Shown here: piece after piece, positions 13,046 to 22,393 of the stretch
How positions within the stretch are numbered: the stretch's first letter is position 1
Layout of the letters: each line of letters begins with the position of its first letter
DNA from: a virus
Virus record (IMG/VR): IMGVR_UViG_3300042547_000432
Reading direction: 5' to 3' (one strand)
DNA: 64,000 bases
Translations under genes and position numbers: made by a program
The notes under the pieces: model-generated
What the model was told of the DNA's origin: nothing
The model's database searches: none
Seen by the model: only the letters and a program-made list of their open reading frames with translations

Positions 13046-13281
13046 AACTCAATCTAAGCAAACTGATCTTTATTGTTTGTATATCAGCCGTTGGTTTTGT
13101 TGGATTGAATTTTATTGCCTGTAACTTTATGATACCAGGATCTATTATTAGTGCTAATGTATTGGGTGGATTAAAAAATCCTCCTCCCTTGGATTGTAAA
13201 GAATCCGAGAGAAGAGGATATGAAACTTTATTGGCAATTCTAACAACAGTAATTGCTTTAAGAACTAAAGTCGAAGATTAA
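13042..13281 (+). CDS. Small membrane protein (holin/antiholin candidate)
   Basis: Two hydrophobic segments; convergent with the lysozyme. Confidence 0.55.
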   Translation: MKLNLSKLIFIVCISAVGFVGLNFIACNFMIPGSIISANVLGGLKNPPPLDCKESERRGYETLLAILTTVIALRTKVED

Positions 13282-13736
13282 GAAACCCAGAGTTTACCTT
13301 CTGCTTTTCTTCTTCTGAGTAATCCTGCTTCAACTTTGCTACCAGGATTACGATACATCTCTAATGTTTTTGGGATGAGTCCCCAATTCTTCTCACGTAG
13401 ATGGCGAGAGATAGTACTGAAATTATATGCACCGTAAAACCCAGCACCGAGATTATAAGCAAAGGATAAAAGTGCTCCGCGTTGGTTATCATTCATTTCA
13501 CTCCAATAAGGTATTTTAGATAGGGCAGGAATAAACTCCTTCTTAATCTGATTCATCAAGAGATCATCAGCAACCTTCTGCGAAATCTTATCACCAAGTT
13601 TAAATGGTTTGCCGTTGAAATCTCTGGTGCTTCCCCAACCAATAGTGATGGGCAAACTACCTGTATGTGGATCTGGGTATGCTGTCAGTTTACAACCTTC
13701 AAACTCTTTGATTAACTCTACTCCCTCCACAGGCAC
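13278..13736 (-). CDS. GH24 phage lysozyme domain (probably made as a -1 frameshift fusion with the upstream peptidase)
   Basis: IKEFEG..AYPD..TIGWGST catalytic E-D-T pattern; ALLSFAYNLG; GLLRRRKAE. Confidence 0.9.
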   Translation of the reverse strand: MPVEGVELIKEFEGCKLTAYPDPHTGSLPITIGWGSTRDFNGKPFKLGDKISQKVADDLLMNQIKKEFIPALSKIPYWSEMNDNQRGALLSFAYNLGAGFYGAYNFSTISRHLREKNWGLIPKTLEMYRNPGSKVEAGLLRRRKAEGKLWVS

Positions 13737-13795
13737 ATCATATTTGCTCGCTGAAGGAGTAGAGTTGTCTACTTTTTTACGTCAAAGATTCTCCC
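13714..13795 (-). promoter_or_regulatory. Programmed -1 ribosomal frameshift signal
   Basis: GGGAG (13795-13791), 12 nt, A_AAA_AAG (13778-13772), 5 nt, 14-bp stem 13766-13753/13727-13714. Confidence 0.8.
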
Positions 13796-14470
13796 CCATC
13801 CATCATTGCGATTGGGGCACCAGCGACGCATGAGATCTGTCTTCTTATATACGGCGCCCTTACCGTTGGTTACAGCGCCCGTATAACCGTCGTTAAGACT
13901 GCCGTAAGGGTCGTTAACAACATAATCACCTGTAGGGGTCTTGCCGATGATTACAACCATGTGCCCCCCAGTAGGAGCAGATAGAGGGCCGCGATGGAGA
14001 ATGCCAGCAACCACGGGTCTCCCAGCAGCAAGCTCACGGTCAAGGTCATTAAAAGATAGACCATAACTAAAGTGTGACTTAATACCATAAGATGCCAAAA
14101 CTTTGGTTTGAACCACATGGTCAGTTGTGTCACCGATTGAGAAAACTTTTTGAACGTAAGCATCGTCGCCTTTCGCTCCCTTGAGTGTGCCTGGCTTAAA
14201 ATATTCTAACACCATAGCACAGGCAGATGAGTTACAAGTGCGATTAGCATCTCTGTAGTTATCTGTCTGTGGAAAGAAAGGCACGTCAAGTATATTTGAT
14301 TTTGGTTTTTCTGGTTGTGCTCTAAATGTTTTAACCCACCCAGAAGAATCTTCCATTTCTTCTGGTGTTTTTTTATTGAGAGCATCTTCAAAATATCCAA
14401 CAGCTTCTACATGCTTTGGATTCTTTTCGTCGTAATGTTTAAAAAAGTTGTGTAAATCAATCTTTGCCAT
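13769..14470 (-). CDS. C39-like cysteine peptidase (cell-wall hydrolase candidate)
   Basis: LDVPFFPQ..TCNSSACAM, GHMVVIIG, VNDPYG: Cys-His-Asp triad pattern. Confidence 0.85.
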   Translation of the reverse strand: MAKIDLHNFFKHYDEKNPKHVEAVGYFEDALNKKTPEEMEDSSGWVKTFRAQPEKPKSNILDVPFFPQTDNYRDANRTCNSSACAMVLEYFKPGTLKGAKGDDAYVQKVFSIGDTTDHVVQTKVLASYGIKSHFSYGLSFNDLDRELAAGRPVVAGILHRGPLSAPTGGHMVVIIGKTPTGDYVVNDPYGSLNDGYTGAVTNGKGAVYKKTDLMRRWCPNRNDGWGRIFDVKK

Positions 14471-14804
14471 CTTTGTCTCCGAATAGTTGAATGTAATACT
14501 CTGCGTCTACTACGACCAGTGGTTTTTTGCCATTCTTTTTCATGACAACAATAGGCTCATAGTCACCACAGTTGGCAGATGCTTGCTCGTAAGCATCCCA
14601 GATATTTAGCTTCTCTACATTCTTACATTCAATGCTATGAGGAAACTTTAATCTAGCAGCACGAGCCATGATAAGGTCTTCACCACCTGCCCCCATAGAG
14701 CGTGATTCAATATCTTCTGGATGAATATTGAGACACTCTACCAGTTTATCTCTCACCCATTGTTGCAGACGGCGACCTTTTGCTTTTGCTGATTGTGGGC
14801 GCAT
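14457..14804 (-). CDS. Holliday-junction-resolvase-like PD-(D/E)xK nuclease
   Basis: SAKAKGR..GAGGEDL..SIECKN. Confidence 0.75.
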   Translation of the reverse strand: MRPQSAKAKGRRLQQWVRDKLVECLNIHPEDIESRSMGAGGEDLIMARAARLKFPHSIECKNVEKLNIWDAYEQASANCGDYEPIVVMKKNGKKPLVVVDAEYYIQLFGDKDGKD

Positions 14805-14812
14805 AATAAAAA

Positions 14813-14829
14813 ACCTCCAAGATGGAGGT
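14813..14829 (-). terminator. Intrinsic terminator after nrdB
   Basis: ACCTCC-ATCTT-GGAGGT-TTTTT. Confidence 0.65.
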
Positions 14830-14969
14830 ATTTATCTATTCAGTTGAACCAGGGATCTGGAATTTTTCCATTAGAATCTTTAGTATCCACCTTTGTTGAT
14901 GATTTAAATTCTCTATATTTTGTTCCTGCTCCCTGAGTTTCTTTTGAATCTTTTCTATTTTTTTCTTTC

Positions 14970-16151
14970 TCACAGTTTAAAACCAGCGAAAGTATCTTTC
15001 TTAACATCTTGTTTAATGCCTCCAATGACATAACTCTCAACCTCTGTTTCCTGTGGGGCAACTTGAAGACCCTTAGAAGATAACCAATGCTGAGTCCAAG
15101 GCAGTGGATTATTTGACATAGGAGTATCAAACACAGGCTTCAAACCAATCGCTCTCATGCGACGGTTGGCGATATACTCAACGTAAGAGTTGAGTAGTTT
15201 ATCATTCAATCCAATGATGCTACCATCCTTGAATAGATACTGTGCCCATGCTTTCTCTTCGTCAACCGTCTTTTTAAACTGCTCTACTGTCCACGCTTCT
15301 TCTTCTTTAGCGATTTGAAGAATGTCTGGGTCATCTCCATTAAGCCAGTTTTTGATAATGTTTTGCGTAAGGACAAGATGCTGGCTTTCGTCTCTGGCGA
15401 TGAGAGAGATAATTTTAGCGGATCCCTCCATAAGTTTAAGTTCGCCAAAAGCGAACGAGCACGCGAACGAAACATAAAATCTAATCCCCTCTAAGATGTT
15501 AACGTTGACTACGGCACGATAGAGTTTACGCTTCAACTCATAGAGAGTCTCCTTCGCAGCAGGCACACCTTCAAGTTGATGTTGCCACTGATTACCCGAC
15601 GAGTAATCTTGTGCTGCTTGAATGAAGTCATCGTATGCTTCAGTTACACTCTTCGCCCTATCAAGGATATTCTGGTCATCAAGGATAGTATCAAATACTT
15701 CTGATGGATCAGAATAGATATTCTTAATAATGTATGTATAAGAGCGGGAGTGAATCATCTCCATCGTTTCCCAGATAGTCATCGCTGACTCCAACTCTGG
15801 GAGAGAACAATAAGGAATAAATGCCATGCCTGGACCACGACCCTGCACAGAGTCAAGCATAATCTGATACTTCAAATTAGAAGTATAGATATGCTTCTGC
15901 TCTGGGCGAAGGGTAGCATAGTCAGCACGATCCTTCTGAAGAGAAACCTCTTCAGGTCTCCAAAAGTATCCGAGTTGCTGTTGAGTTAGTTTATCGAAGA
16001 TAGGATACTTGTAGGTATCATATCTCTGAATGCCCAAAGGAGCACCGAAGAACATCGGTTGCTTTTTAATATCAACATGTTTGGTGTTGAATACCGTCAT
16101 ACCTTCTACGCTAGGTGTGTTTTCGGTTAGTTTAAATCTTACAGCTGTCAC
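14970..16151 (-). CDS. nrdB: Ribonucleotide reductase class Ia beta subunit
   Basis: FWRPEEV, EMIHSRSY, LEGIRFYVSFA, RDESQH, PQETE. Confidence 0.97.
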   Translation of the reverse strand: MTAVRFKLTENTPSVEGMTVFNTKHVDIKKQPMFFGAPLGIQRYDTYKYPIFDKLTQQQLGYFWRPEEVSLQKDRADYATLRPEQKHIYTSNLKYQIMLDSVQGRGPGMAFIPYCSLPELESAMTIWETMEMIHSRSYTYIIKNIYSDPSEVFDTILDDQNILDRAKSVTEAYDDFIQAAQDYSSGNQWQHQLEGVPAAKETLYELKRKLYRAVVNVNILEGIRFYVSFACSFAFGELKLMEGSAKIISLIARDESQHLVLTQNIIKNWLNGDDPDILQIAKEEEAWTVEQFKKTVDEEKAWAQYLFKDGSIIGLNDKLLNSYVEYIANRRMRAIGLKPVFDTPMSNNPLPWTQHWLSSKGLQVAPQETEVESYVIGGIKQDVKKDTFAGFKL

Positions 16152-18459
16152 AGTCTTCCTCCTCTTGTGCTCCTTCTAGAATTGAATTAAGTAGATTCTC
16201 TACTGACTTTTTCTTTTCTTCATCCTCAACATCATCTTTCTTAATATCATATGTGTTCTGATAATAAGATGTCTTCCATCCATATTTGTAGGTGTTGAGG
16301 AGATCTTGTGCCATTACCGACACAGGTACTTCATTATCGGCATAATGCTCTGGATTATACGACCAGTTACCTGAGATTGCCTGATCAAAGAACTTCTGCA
16401 TAACAGCAACAATATTGATATAACCAGTATTGTTAGGCATATCCCAAAGAAGCGTATAAGCATTCTTAAGAGTTTGATACTGAGGGACAATCTGCTTAAG
16501 AACCCCTTTCTTGGACTTCTTAACGGACAGGAAGGCACGGGGAGGTTCGATTCCATTTGTCTCATTTGACACAACGGAACTGCTCTCCGATGGCATCTGT
16601 GCGGACAATGTTGAGTTCCTAAGACCGTGCTGTTTAATAGATTCCCTGAGCTTATCCCAATCATAGTGGAGAATGTTTGGTACGATTTCGTCTACGTCTT
16701 TCTTATATGTGTCAATGGGAAGAATGCCATCAGCATATTTGGTGCGATCAAAATAACCACACTTACCTTTCTCGATAGCAAGTTGATTAGAAGCCTTTAG
16801 TAGATAATACTGAAATGCTTCAGTCAGACCATGTACAAGATGAGCAGCAGCTTCATCAGAATACTTAACCTGATGACGAGCCAACCAGTGTGCCAGTCCG
16901 ATGTAACCAATGCCCAGCGAGCGGCGGTTGCGAGTGGATGCTTCAGCAGCAACCACAGGATACTCTTGGTAATCAATCAACTCGTCCAGCGCCCTCACAG
17001 AGAGGTCACAGAGTTCTTCTAGGTCATCAAGGTTCTTAATCTTACCTACGTTAACCGCAGAAAGAATACAGAGAGCAATCTCACCATTGATATCATCAAT
17101 GTGCTGTAGAGGATTAGTGGGTAGCGTAATCTCCTGACAAAGGTTACTCATCCAAACTTTATCCTTAAAAGAAGAGTGCTCGTTACAATGATCAATATTC
17201 ATAATGTAAATACGACCAGTTTCTGCCCTCTCTTTCAGAAGTGAAAGAAATAGTTCTTGAGCGCCAATAGTTTTTCTTGGAATAGAGTCATCTCGTTCAT
17301 AAACATTGTATAGCTCGTCAAATCCAGCAAGACCAAAAGCATCAGACAAACCTGGAACGTCGTGTGGAGAGAAGAGTGAGATGTCTTCGTTACGGATGAA
17401 TCGTTCATAGAAGAGTTTGCTGATTTGAATGCTGTAGTCTAACTTACGAACTCGGTTGTCTTCAGTTCCCTTATTGTTTTTTAATACAATGATGTCTTCG
17501 ATTTCTTTGTGCCAGATTGGGAAGTGGACTGTCGCGCTTCCTCCTCGTATACCATTTTGCGTACAGCAACGGACAGTTGCTTCAAACTTTTTGAGAAACG
17601 GTATAACGCCAGTGTGGCTGACTTCGCCGCCTCTAATTTTGCTGTTGAGAGCACGGATTCTACCTGCGTTGATACCGATGCCCGCCCTTTGAGCAACATA
17701 GCGACCAATAGCCATGTCGCTACTGAAGATGCTATCAAGGGTGTCATCAGAATCAACCAGCACACAACTAGCGAACTGTCGCAGAGGCGTCCTAACTCCT
17801 GCGAGGATGGGAGTTGGCACGTTGATTTTGTGCTTGCTGATTGCGTCGTAGTATCGTTTGACATAAGATAGACGATTTACCTGAGGGTAGTTTGCAAAGA
17901 TGGTTGCAGCAACCAACATATAAGCGTATTGTGGTGTCTCAAAAACACTCCCACTGCTTCTATCTTGTACCAGATATTTATCTACTACTTGACGAAGACC
18001 AGCATAAGTGAAGAGATAGTCACGGTCATGATCAATGAAACTATTAATCTTATCCCACTCTTCATCCGTATACTTACCAGCAAGTTGCTTGTCGTAAATA
18101 CCCTTAAAGATACCTTTAGTAAGATGCTCTCCTACTGTGGGAAAACCGTGCTTCCAATCATTTCCAAAGACTTGCTTATATAGACCGAACAAAAGAAGAC
18201 GAGCAGCAACATACTGATAATTTGGAGTGTCAAGGTCAATGAGGTCACTAGCTGACCTAACCAGGATTTCTTGGATTTCATTGGTCGTGATACCATTATA
18301 AAATTGAATACCAGAGTTGATTTCTACTTGCGATGGGGACACTCCCGCGAGACCACCACAAGCACATTCTACCATGTTATGAATCTTATCAAGGTTAAGA
18401 GATTCTGTAGAACCGTCACGCTTTTTAACTTTGATTCCGTTGCTCATATTTTCTTCCAA
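16132..18459 (-). CDS. nrdA: Ribonucleotide reductase class Ia alpha subunit
   Basis: ATP cone, SCVL, SNLCQEI, C-terminal CDSC. Confidence 0.97.
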   Translation of the reverse strand: MEENMSNGIKVKKRDGSTESLNLDKIHNMVECACGGLAGVSPSQVEINSGIQFYNGITTNEIQEILVRSASDLIDLDTPNYQYVAARLLLFGLYKQVFGNDWKHGFPTVGEHLTKGIFKGIYDKQLAGKYTDEEWDKINSFIDHDRDYLFTYAGLRQVVDKYLVQDRSSGSVFETPQYAYMLVAATIFANYPQVNRLSYVKRYYDAISKHKINVPTPILAGVRTPLRQFASCVLVDSDDTLDSIFSSDMAIGRYVAQRAGIGINAGRIRALNSKIRGGEVSHTGVIPFLKKFEATVRCCTQNGIRGGSATVHFPIWHKEIEDIIVLKNNKGTEDNRVRKLDYSIQISKLFYERFIRNEDISLFSPHDVPGLSDAFGLAGFDELYNVYERDDSIPRKTIGAQELFLSLLKERAETGRIYIMNIDHCNEHSSFKDKVWMSNLCQEITLPTNPLQHIDDINGEIALCILSAVNVGKIKNLDDLEELCDLSVRALDELIDYQEYPVVAAEASTRNRRSLGIGYIGLAHWLARHQVKYSDEAAAHLVHGLTEAFQYYLLKASNQLAIEKGKCGYFDRTKYADGILPIDTYKKDVDEIVPNILHYDWDKLRESIKQHGLRNSTLSAQMPSESSSVVSNETNGIEPPRAFLSVKKSKKGVLKQIVPQYQTLKNAYTLLWDMPNNTGYINIVAVMQKFFDQAISGNWSYNPEHYADNEVPVSVMAQDLLNTYKYGWKTSYYQNTYDIKKDDVEDEEKKKSVENLLNSILEGAQEEEDCDSCKI

Positions 18460-19430
18460 AGACTAAGTTTTACTTTTGCTTCTAAACCATTATAGGTGTT
18501 ACATTCTACCATGGATTGTACGTCATGTCCAGCCAAGACCATATCGTTGATATCTTTTTCCTTAACTGACTCTGGCCAAATTACAATGCTCTCTCCTTTG
18601 TCAATACACCTTTCGTATCGTTCAACGATTTGTTTGTTTCTTGGTTCGTTGTCGTAAACAAATGTCCGACTAGGATAACGTACCCCGTCAAGTACAACAT
18701 CAGCGCCACACATCGCCAGTCCATTAGACAAGAAAAGAGAGTCGAACGGACCCTCTGTAACGTAGATATTTTCATTTGTGTTTATACGATCAAGTCCAAA
18801 TAGTTTAGGATATTGCTTATCCAAGATGGTAGTGATATAGCGAAGGTTTGAATTTTTGTTAAGAGACCTTGCTTGATATCCGAATACATTTCCATCTTCC
18901 GAGATTAGTGGGAGTATAATTCTAGGTTCTTTAATTGTATTTTTATTATTCTCCCAAGCGTTAAAATTCTCTGCGTAATAGAAGTTTGAGAAATAAATCT
19001 CTGGTATCTTTCGTGCGAGCAGATATTGTTTTGCTGGGTGTGTAGTATTTAGCGATTCGATAATTGGTAATTCGCTAAAAATATTTTTTTTAAAAACTGG
19101 AGTGGAAACAAATGGTTTAAAATCTGGAGTTTCTACCTGATAATTCTTGCCAGTCATGCCTTCCTTATAACGCTCCAACACATACTCATCATGGAGCATA
19201 GTGTTCTGGTCCTTCAGAAACTGTGAGAAGTTACGAGTGACTCCACAGTTATGACACTTATACACAAAGCTATCTCTCATCGAGAAGAGATATCCTCGTG
19301 CCTTATTCTGCTTCTTCTCCGAGTCACCACAATAGGGACAACGGAAATTGTAAGTTCCTTTCTTTTTCTCAGTAAACTTAAGGAGTTGTGAAGAGACCAA
19401 ACCAATATACTTGGTGTCAATGTAGTTCAT
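18444..19430 (-). CDS. g61: DNA primase (gp61)
   Basis: CPYCGD..CHNC zinc finger; TEGPFD..DNE TOPRIM. Confidence 0.95.
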   Translation of the reverse strand: MNYIDTKYIGLVSSQLLKFTEKKKGTYNFRCPYCGDSEKKQNKARGYLFSMRDSFVYKCHNCGVTRNFSQFLKDQNTMLHDEYVLERYKEGMTGKNYQVETPDFKPFVSTPVFKKNIFSELPIIESLNTTHPAKQYLLARKIPEIYFSNFYYAENFNAWENNKNTIKEPRIILPLISEDGNVFGYQARSLNKNSNLRYITTILDKQYPKLFGLDRINTNENIYVTEGPFDSLFLSNGLAMCGADVVLDGVRYPSRTFVYDNEPRNKQIVERYERCIDKGESIVIWPESVKEKDINDMVLAGHDVQSMVECNTYNGLEAKVKLSLWKKI

Positions 19431-19891
19431 TATCTAGTGTAGGTTTGCTGACTACCCCCATTATAGTGCGATCCGAGCATGTTGTCAACAAAGGGAACGA
19501 CCAACCCCACAAGCAAAACAGCAGCCCCAACGAGAGCTGCTGCCTGCCATTTGAATTTTGATAACTCGTTAACATTGTTTTCAACTGTCTCTAGTCTTTT
19601 GATGACCGAAGCATGTTCGATTGAGTTTTGGTGCTTGACATCCTCAATCATTTTGATAATGAGTTCGTCTGTCTTTATGCTTTGCTCAATACGCTCATCA
19701 TGTTTTGTCAGAATGTTAGCAATACGCTGATTCGCATCAGAGATTTTATCTACTGCTGTTTCCAACTTGTCGAGCATCTCCCTTGAGAGTGATTCGTAGA
19801 TGTTTAATTTAGATTCCAATACATCTAATTTCGATGAGTTTCCGTTAAACATCTTTTCCTCTTTATCAAACGTTACGAACGGCGAAGTCAA
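19430..19891 (-). CDS. Hypothetical coiled-coil protein with C-terminal TM
   Basis: ORF track. Confidence 0.75.
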   Translation of the reverse strand: MTSPFVTFDKEEKMFNGNSSKLDVLESKLNIYESLSREMLDKLETAVDKISDANQRIANILTKHDERIEQSIKTDELIIKMIEDVKHQNSIEHASVIKRLETVENNVNELSKFKWQAAALVGAAVLLVGLVVPFVDNMLGSHYNGGSQQTYTR

Positions 19892-20645
19892 GTGCCTTTT
19901 GATATGAAGATGCGCTCATGTTGAGCATTACACGGAACTTGTCTCTATTCTCTGGGGATAAACCTTCATAAGTTGCTAGAATTCTTTTGGCATCAAAGAC
20001 ACCAATTCTTCCACCAGTGCCGTCTTGGAATACAAGATTAGCAAATGATGTCTCTGGATCTCTGCCATATGCCGAACCTTCTTCAGCAACCTTTAAAGCA
20101 GTGGTGAATACATCTACACCACCAGCAGAACCAGTTCTAGGTACGCTAATCATTTGATCCATCTCCGAAATAACATTACCTTGTGGATCAAAAGAATTCT
20201 TTTGAACTACTTGCTTCTGTGCTTTTTGTTGCTTCGATGCTGCTTTTTTTCTAAAGTCTGACATACGTGCCTTAAGCAAAGTATTCATTTCATCAGACTT
20301 GTCTTGTGCTTGCTGCTTCGCTTCTCCGCGCTTCTTTTGAAGTTCTTTCTTAGCTCTCATCTGCTTGGCAGCTTTAATTTGCTTTTGAGCCTTCTCAGTT
20401 TCAGATGTTACTTCTGAGATCATTTCCATATTTTCTTCAGACATTTTAGTTTTCCTCCTTGACATAACTCGTTGGATTAATTTTCTAGCACTTTTTTTAC
20501 GACCATCAATCTTTTCATCTTTGGTCTTTTTCAGATTTTTCTTTTTCTTTGCTGTGTTAACAAAGACAAAGGCAGGAGGAAGTGCTAGTCCAGATCCATC
20601 ACCTGCCATCATTTCATTCACAGTAGTTTGAGAAGTTTCAGACAT
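19866..20645 (-). CDS. Hypothetical Lys-rich protein
   Basis: ORF track. Confidence 0.75.
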   Translation of the reverse strand: MSETSQTTVNEMMAGDGSGLALPPAFVFVNTAKKKKNLKKTKDEKIDGRKKSARKLIQRVMSRRKTKMSEENMEMISEVTSETEKAQKQIKAAKQMRAKKELQKKRGEAKQQAQDKSDEMNTLLKARMSDFRKKAASKQQKAQKQVVQKNSFDPQGNVISEMDQMISVPRTGSAGGVDVFTTALKVAEEGSAYGRDPETSFANLVFQDGTGGRIGVFDAKRILATYEGLSPENRDKFRVMLNMSASSYQKALDFAVRNV

Positions 20646-20977
20646 TGTTCGTCTACATCTGTTGTGTCTACGTTTTCTGGCAATCTATCCAAGAATAACA
20701 TATATGCTTTTAAAATTGACCAGTATTGCGATTCTATTTTATAGAATAGAAGCAGCGTTGCTGCGTCATTGAATACATTATATAATGTAATTATATGATT
20801 AAGAATTAAGTGATGTTTCAATTCACCCGTAGTTTCATAACGTCGAAGTAATCTTTTGATATATTTGAACTTTTGTAAGTCCTCTTCGAAGTCATCATAT
20901 GTAACAGATAACGGATTGTTGTAGTTTTTTATCGCAAACAACAACCAGTTATCTGGTGTCAACTCATGAAAGATCAT
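20618..20977 (-). CDS. Conserved T4-like hypothetical protein
   Basis: FEEDLQKFKYIKRLLRRY..LILNHII. Confidence 0.8.
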   Translation of the reverse strand: MIFHELTPDNWLLFAIKNYNNPLSVTYDDFEEDLQKFKYIKRLLRRYETTGELKHHLILNHIITLYNVFNDAATLLLFYKIESQYWSILKAYMLFLDRLPENVDTTDVDEQCLKLLKLL

Positions 20978-20983
20978 ACATCA

Positions 20984-22102
20984 TCAAGCAAAATTATTAT
21001 TATCAACTGTTAGGGTTGCTGTATTAGAAATAACTTCCTCGCCTCCAGCAGATCCACCAATCTTGACACGATATTTCTTACCGCTGTCACCAACGAGAAG
21101 ACCAGTGAGCGCAAGTGAAGATGATGTAGCACCAGTGATGTTGCTCCACTTAGTTGTCTGCGAAGCATTTTGAACTTGCCACTGATAGATGAGAGTTCCA
21201 GTTCCAACCGCAGCAGTTACCGAGAAGGTAGCAGCAGCAGTTCCAACAGCAGTTACAGTGAGTACCAAATTATCAGTTACATCAACACCACCAATTAGAG
21301 AACCAAGAATAGTAATGGTTTCGGCAGCAGCAAATCCAGTACCAACAGCAGTAATAGCAACACTGCTTACTGCTCCACCAGCACCTCTGGTTACAGTGAA
21401 TGCTGCTCCAGTTCCAGCAACTGATCCAGCAAGACCAGTTAGAGTATAAACTTGATTTGCTTGACCAACAATAGTTGTAGTTGTTCCAGCTGTGTAATTG
21501 GTAATCGAACCAGCAGGTGTGAAAGCAGTGGCGTTAGCAGGTTGTCCAGAAATTGTAATAGCAGATGCTACATCAGCAGCAGGATTATCTTCGGTTCCAC
21601 CCTGAGCGGTGCCATAGTCACCAGCGTTAGCAGCGGTCTGATTGGCAAACGCAATACACTCTGCCTTGTGACGAGTGTTGCCGTCGCCATCAGTGTAGGT
21701 TCTATATAACCACCAACCTGGCCACTTGAGACCACGAATCTTATTCTCTTCTAAAGCAGCTTCGGTATCATCAACGAAAATAAAATTAGTGCCGCTTGGA
21801 TAATGACTTTCATGTAGAAGACGAGCTGCTACTTCTTTTGGAGGAGTTCTGCGAATAGCATTAGCAGCAGTAACGGTTCCAGTTGTGCCTGCGTATGCTA
21901 CTTTAAGTTTGAGTGTGGTTGCCGAAACTACAGACTCAACAGTATACTGAACACCAGATAAAGAAAGAACGTCTCCGTTTTGAACAAAATCGTTGGTTGT
22001 TCTATCAGTGAAGTCGCCAGTTGTAGTAACAGTTGTGCTACCATTAGTAACACTAACATTATTTGCTAACGCCTTTGCGTCAATTGTTCCGAAAATTGCC
22101 AT
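20984..22102 (-). CDS. Virion structural protein with Ig-like domain
   Basis: Thr/Gly/Ala-rich; ISGQP..YQWQ..YRVKI; TATAAATA at 22139-22146. Confidence 0.7.
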   Translation of the reverse strand: MAIFGTIDAKALANNVSVTNGSTTVTTTGDFTDRTTNDFVQNGDVLSLSGVQYTVESVVSATTLKLKVAYAGTTGTVTAANAIRRTPPKEVAARLLHESHYPSGTNFIFVDDTEAALEENKIRGLKWPGWWLYRTYTDGDGNTRHKAECIAFANQTAANAGDYGTAQGGTEDNPAADVASAITISGQPANATAFTPAGSITNYTAGTTTTIVGQANQVYTLTGLAGSVAGTGAAFTVTRGAGGAVSSVAITAVGTGFAAAETITILGSLIGGVDVTDNLVLTVTAVGTAAATFSVTAAVGTGTLIYQWQVQNASQTTKWSNITGATSSSLALTGLLVGDSGKKYRVKIGGSAGGEEVISNTATLTVDNNNFA

Positions 22103-22152
22103 CGGTTTCCTCTATACAATATTTGCTTTTCTAAAAAGTATTTATAAAAAAA

Positions 22153-22170
22153 GGGATGCCTAAGCATCCC
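22153..22170 (-). terminator. Intrinsic terminator
   Basis: GGGATGC-TTAG-GCATCCC-T7. Confidence 0.8.
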
Positions 22171-22191
22171 CAAGCACATATGATTTGATTA

Positions 22192-22362
22192 TCAGCAACC
22201 CTTCATAAGGGCAACTCTTACTGTTGATGCGATTACGTTGTCAACATCGTTGTCTGTCTTCTCAACATACTTGTCAAGTAGATCACAAACGAGTTTCTTG
22301 GTATGGCAGCTGTTAAGTGCTGCAAAAATAATTGGTTTTACTAGTTCTACGAGTGCGCCCAT
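22192..22362 (-). CDS. Small hypothetical protein, 56 aa (not in ORF track)
   Basis: MGALVELVKPIIFAALNSCHTKKLVCDLLDKYVEKTDNDVDN..; CTAAATA upstream. Confidence 0.7.
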   Translation of the reverse strand: MGALVELVKPIIFAALNSCHTKKLVCDLLDKYVEKTDNDVDNVIASTVRVALMKGC

Positions 22363-22393
22363 GGTTATATCCTCTAAGAGAGTTTACAGCTAT

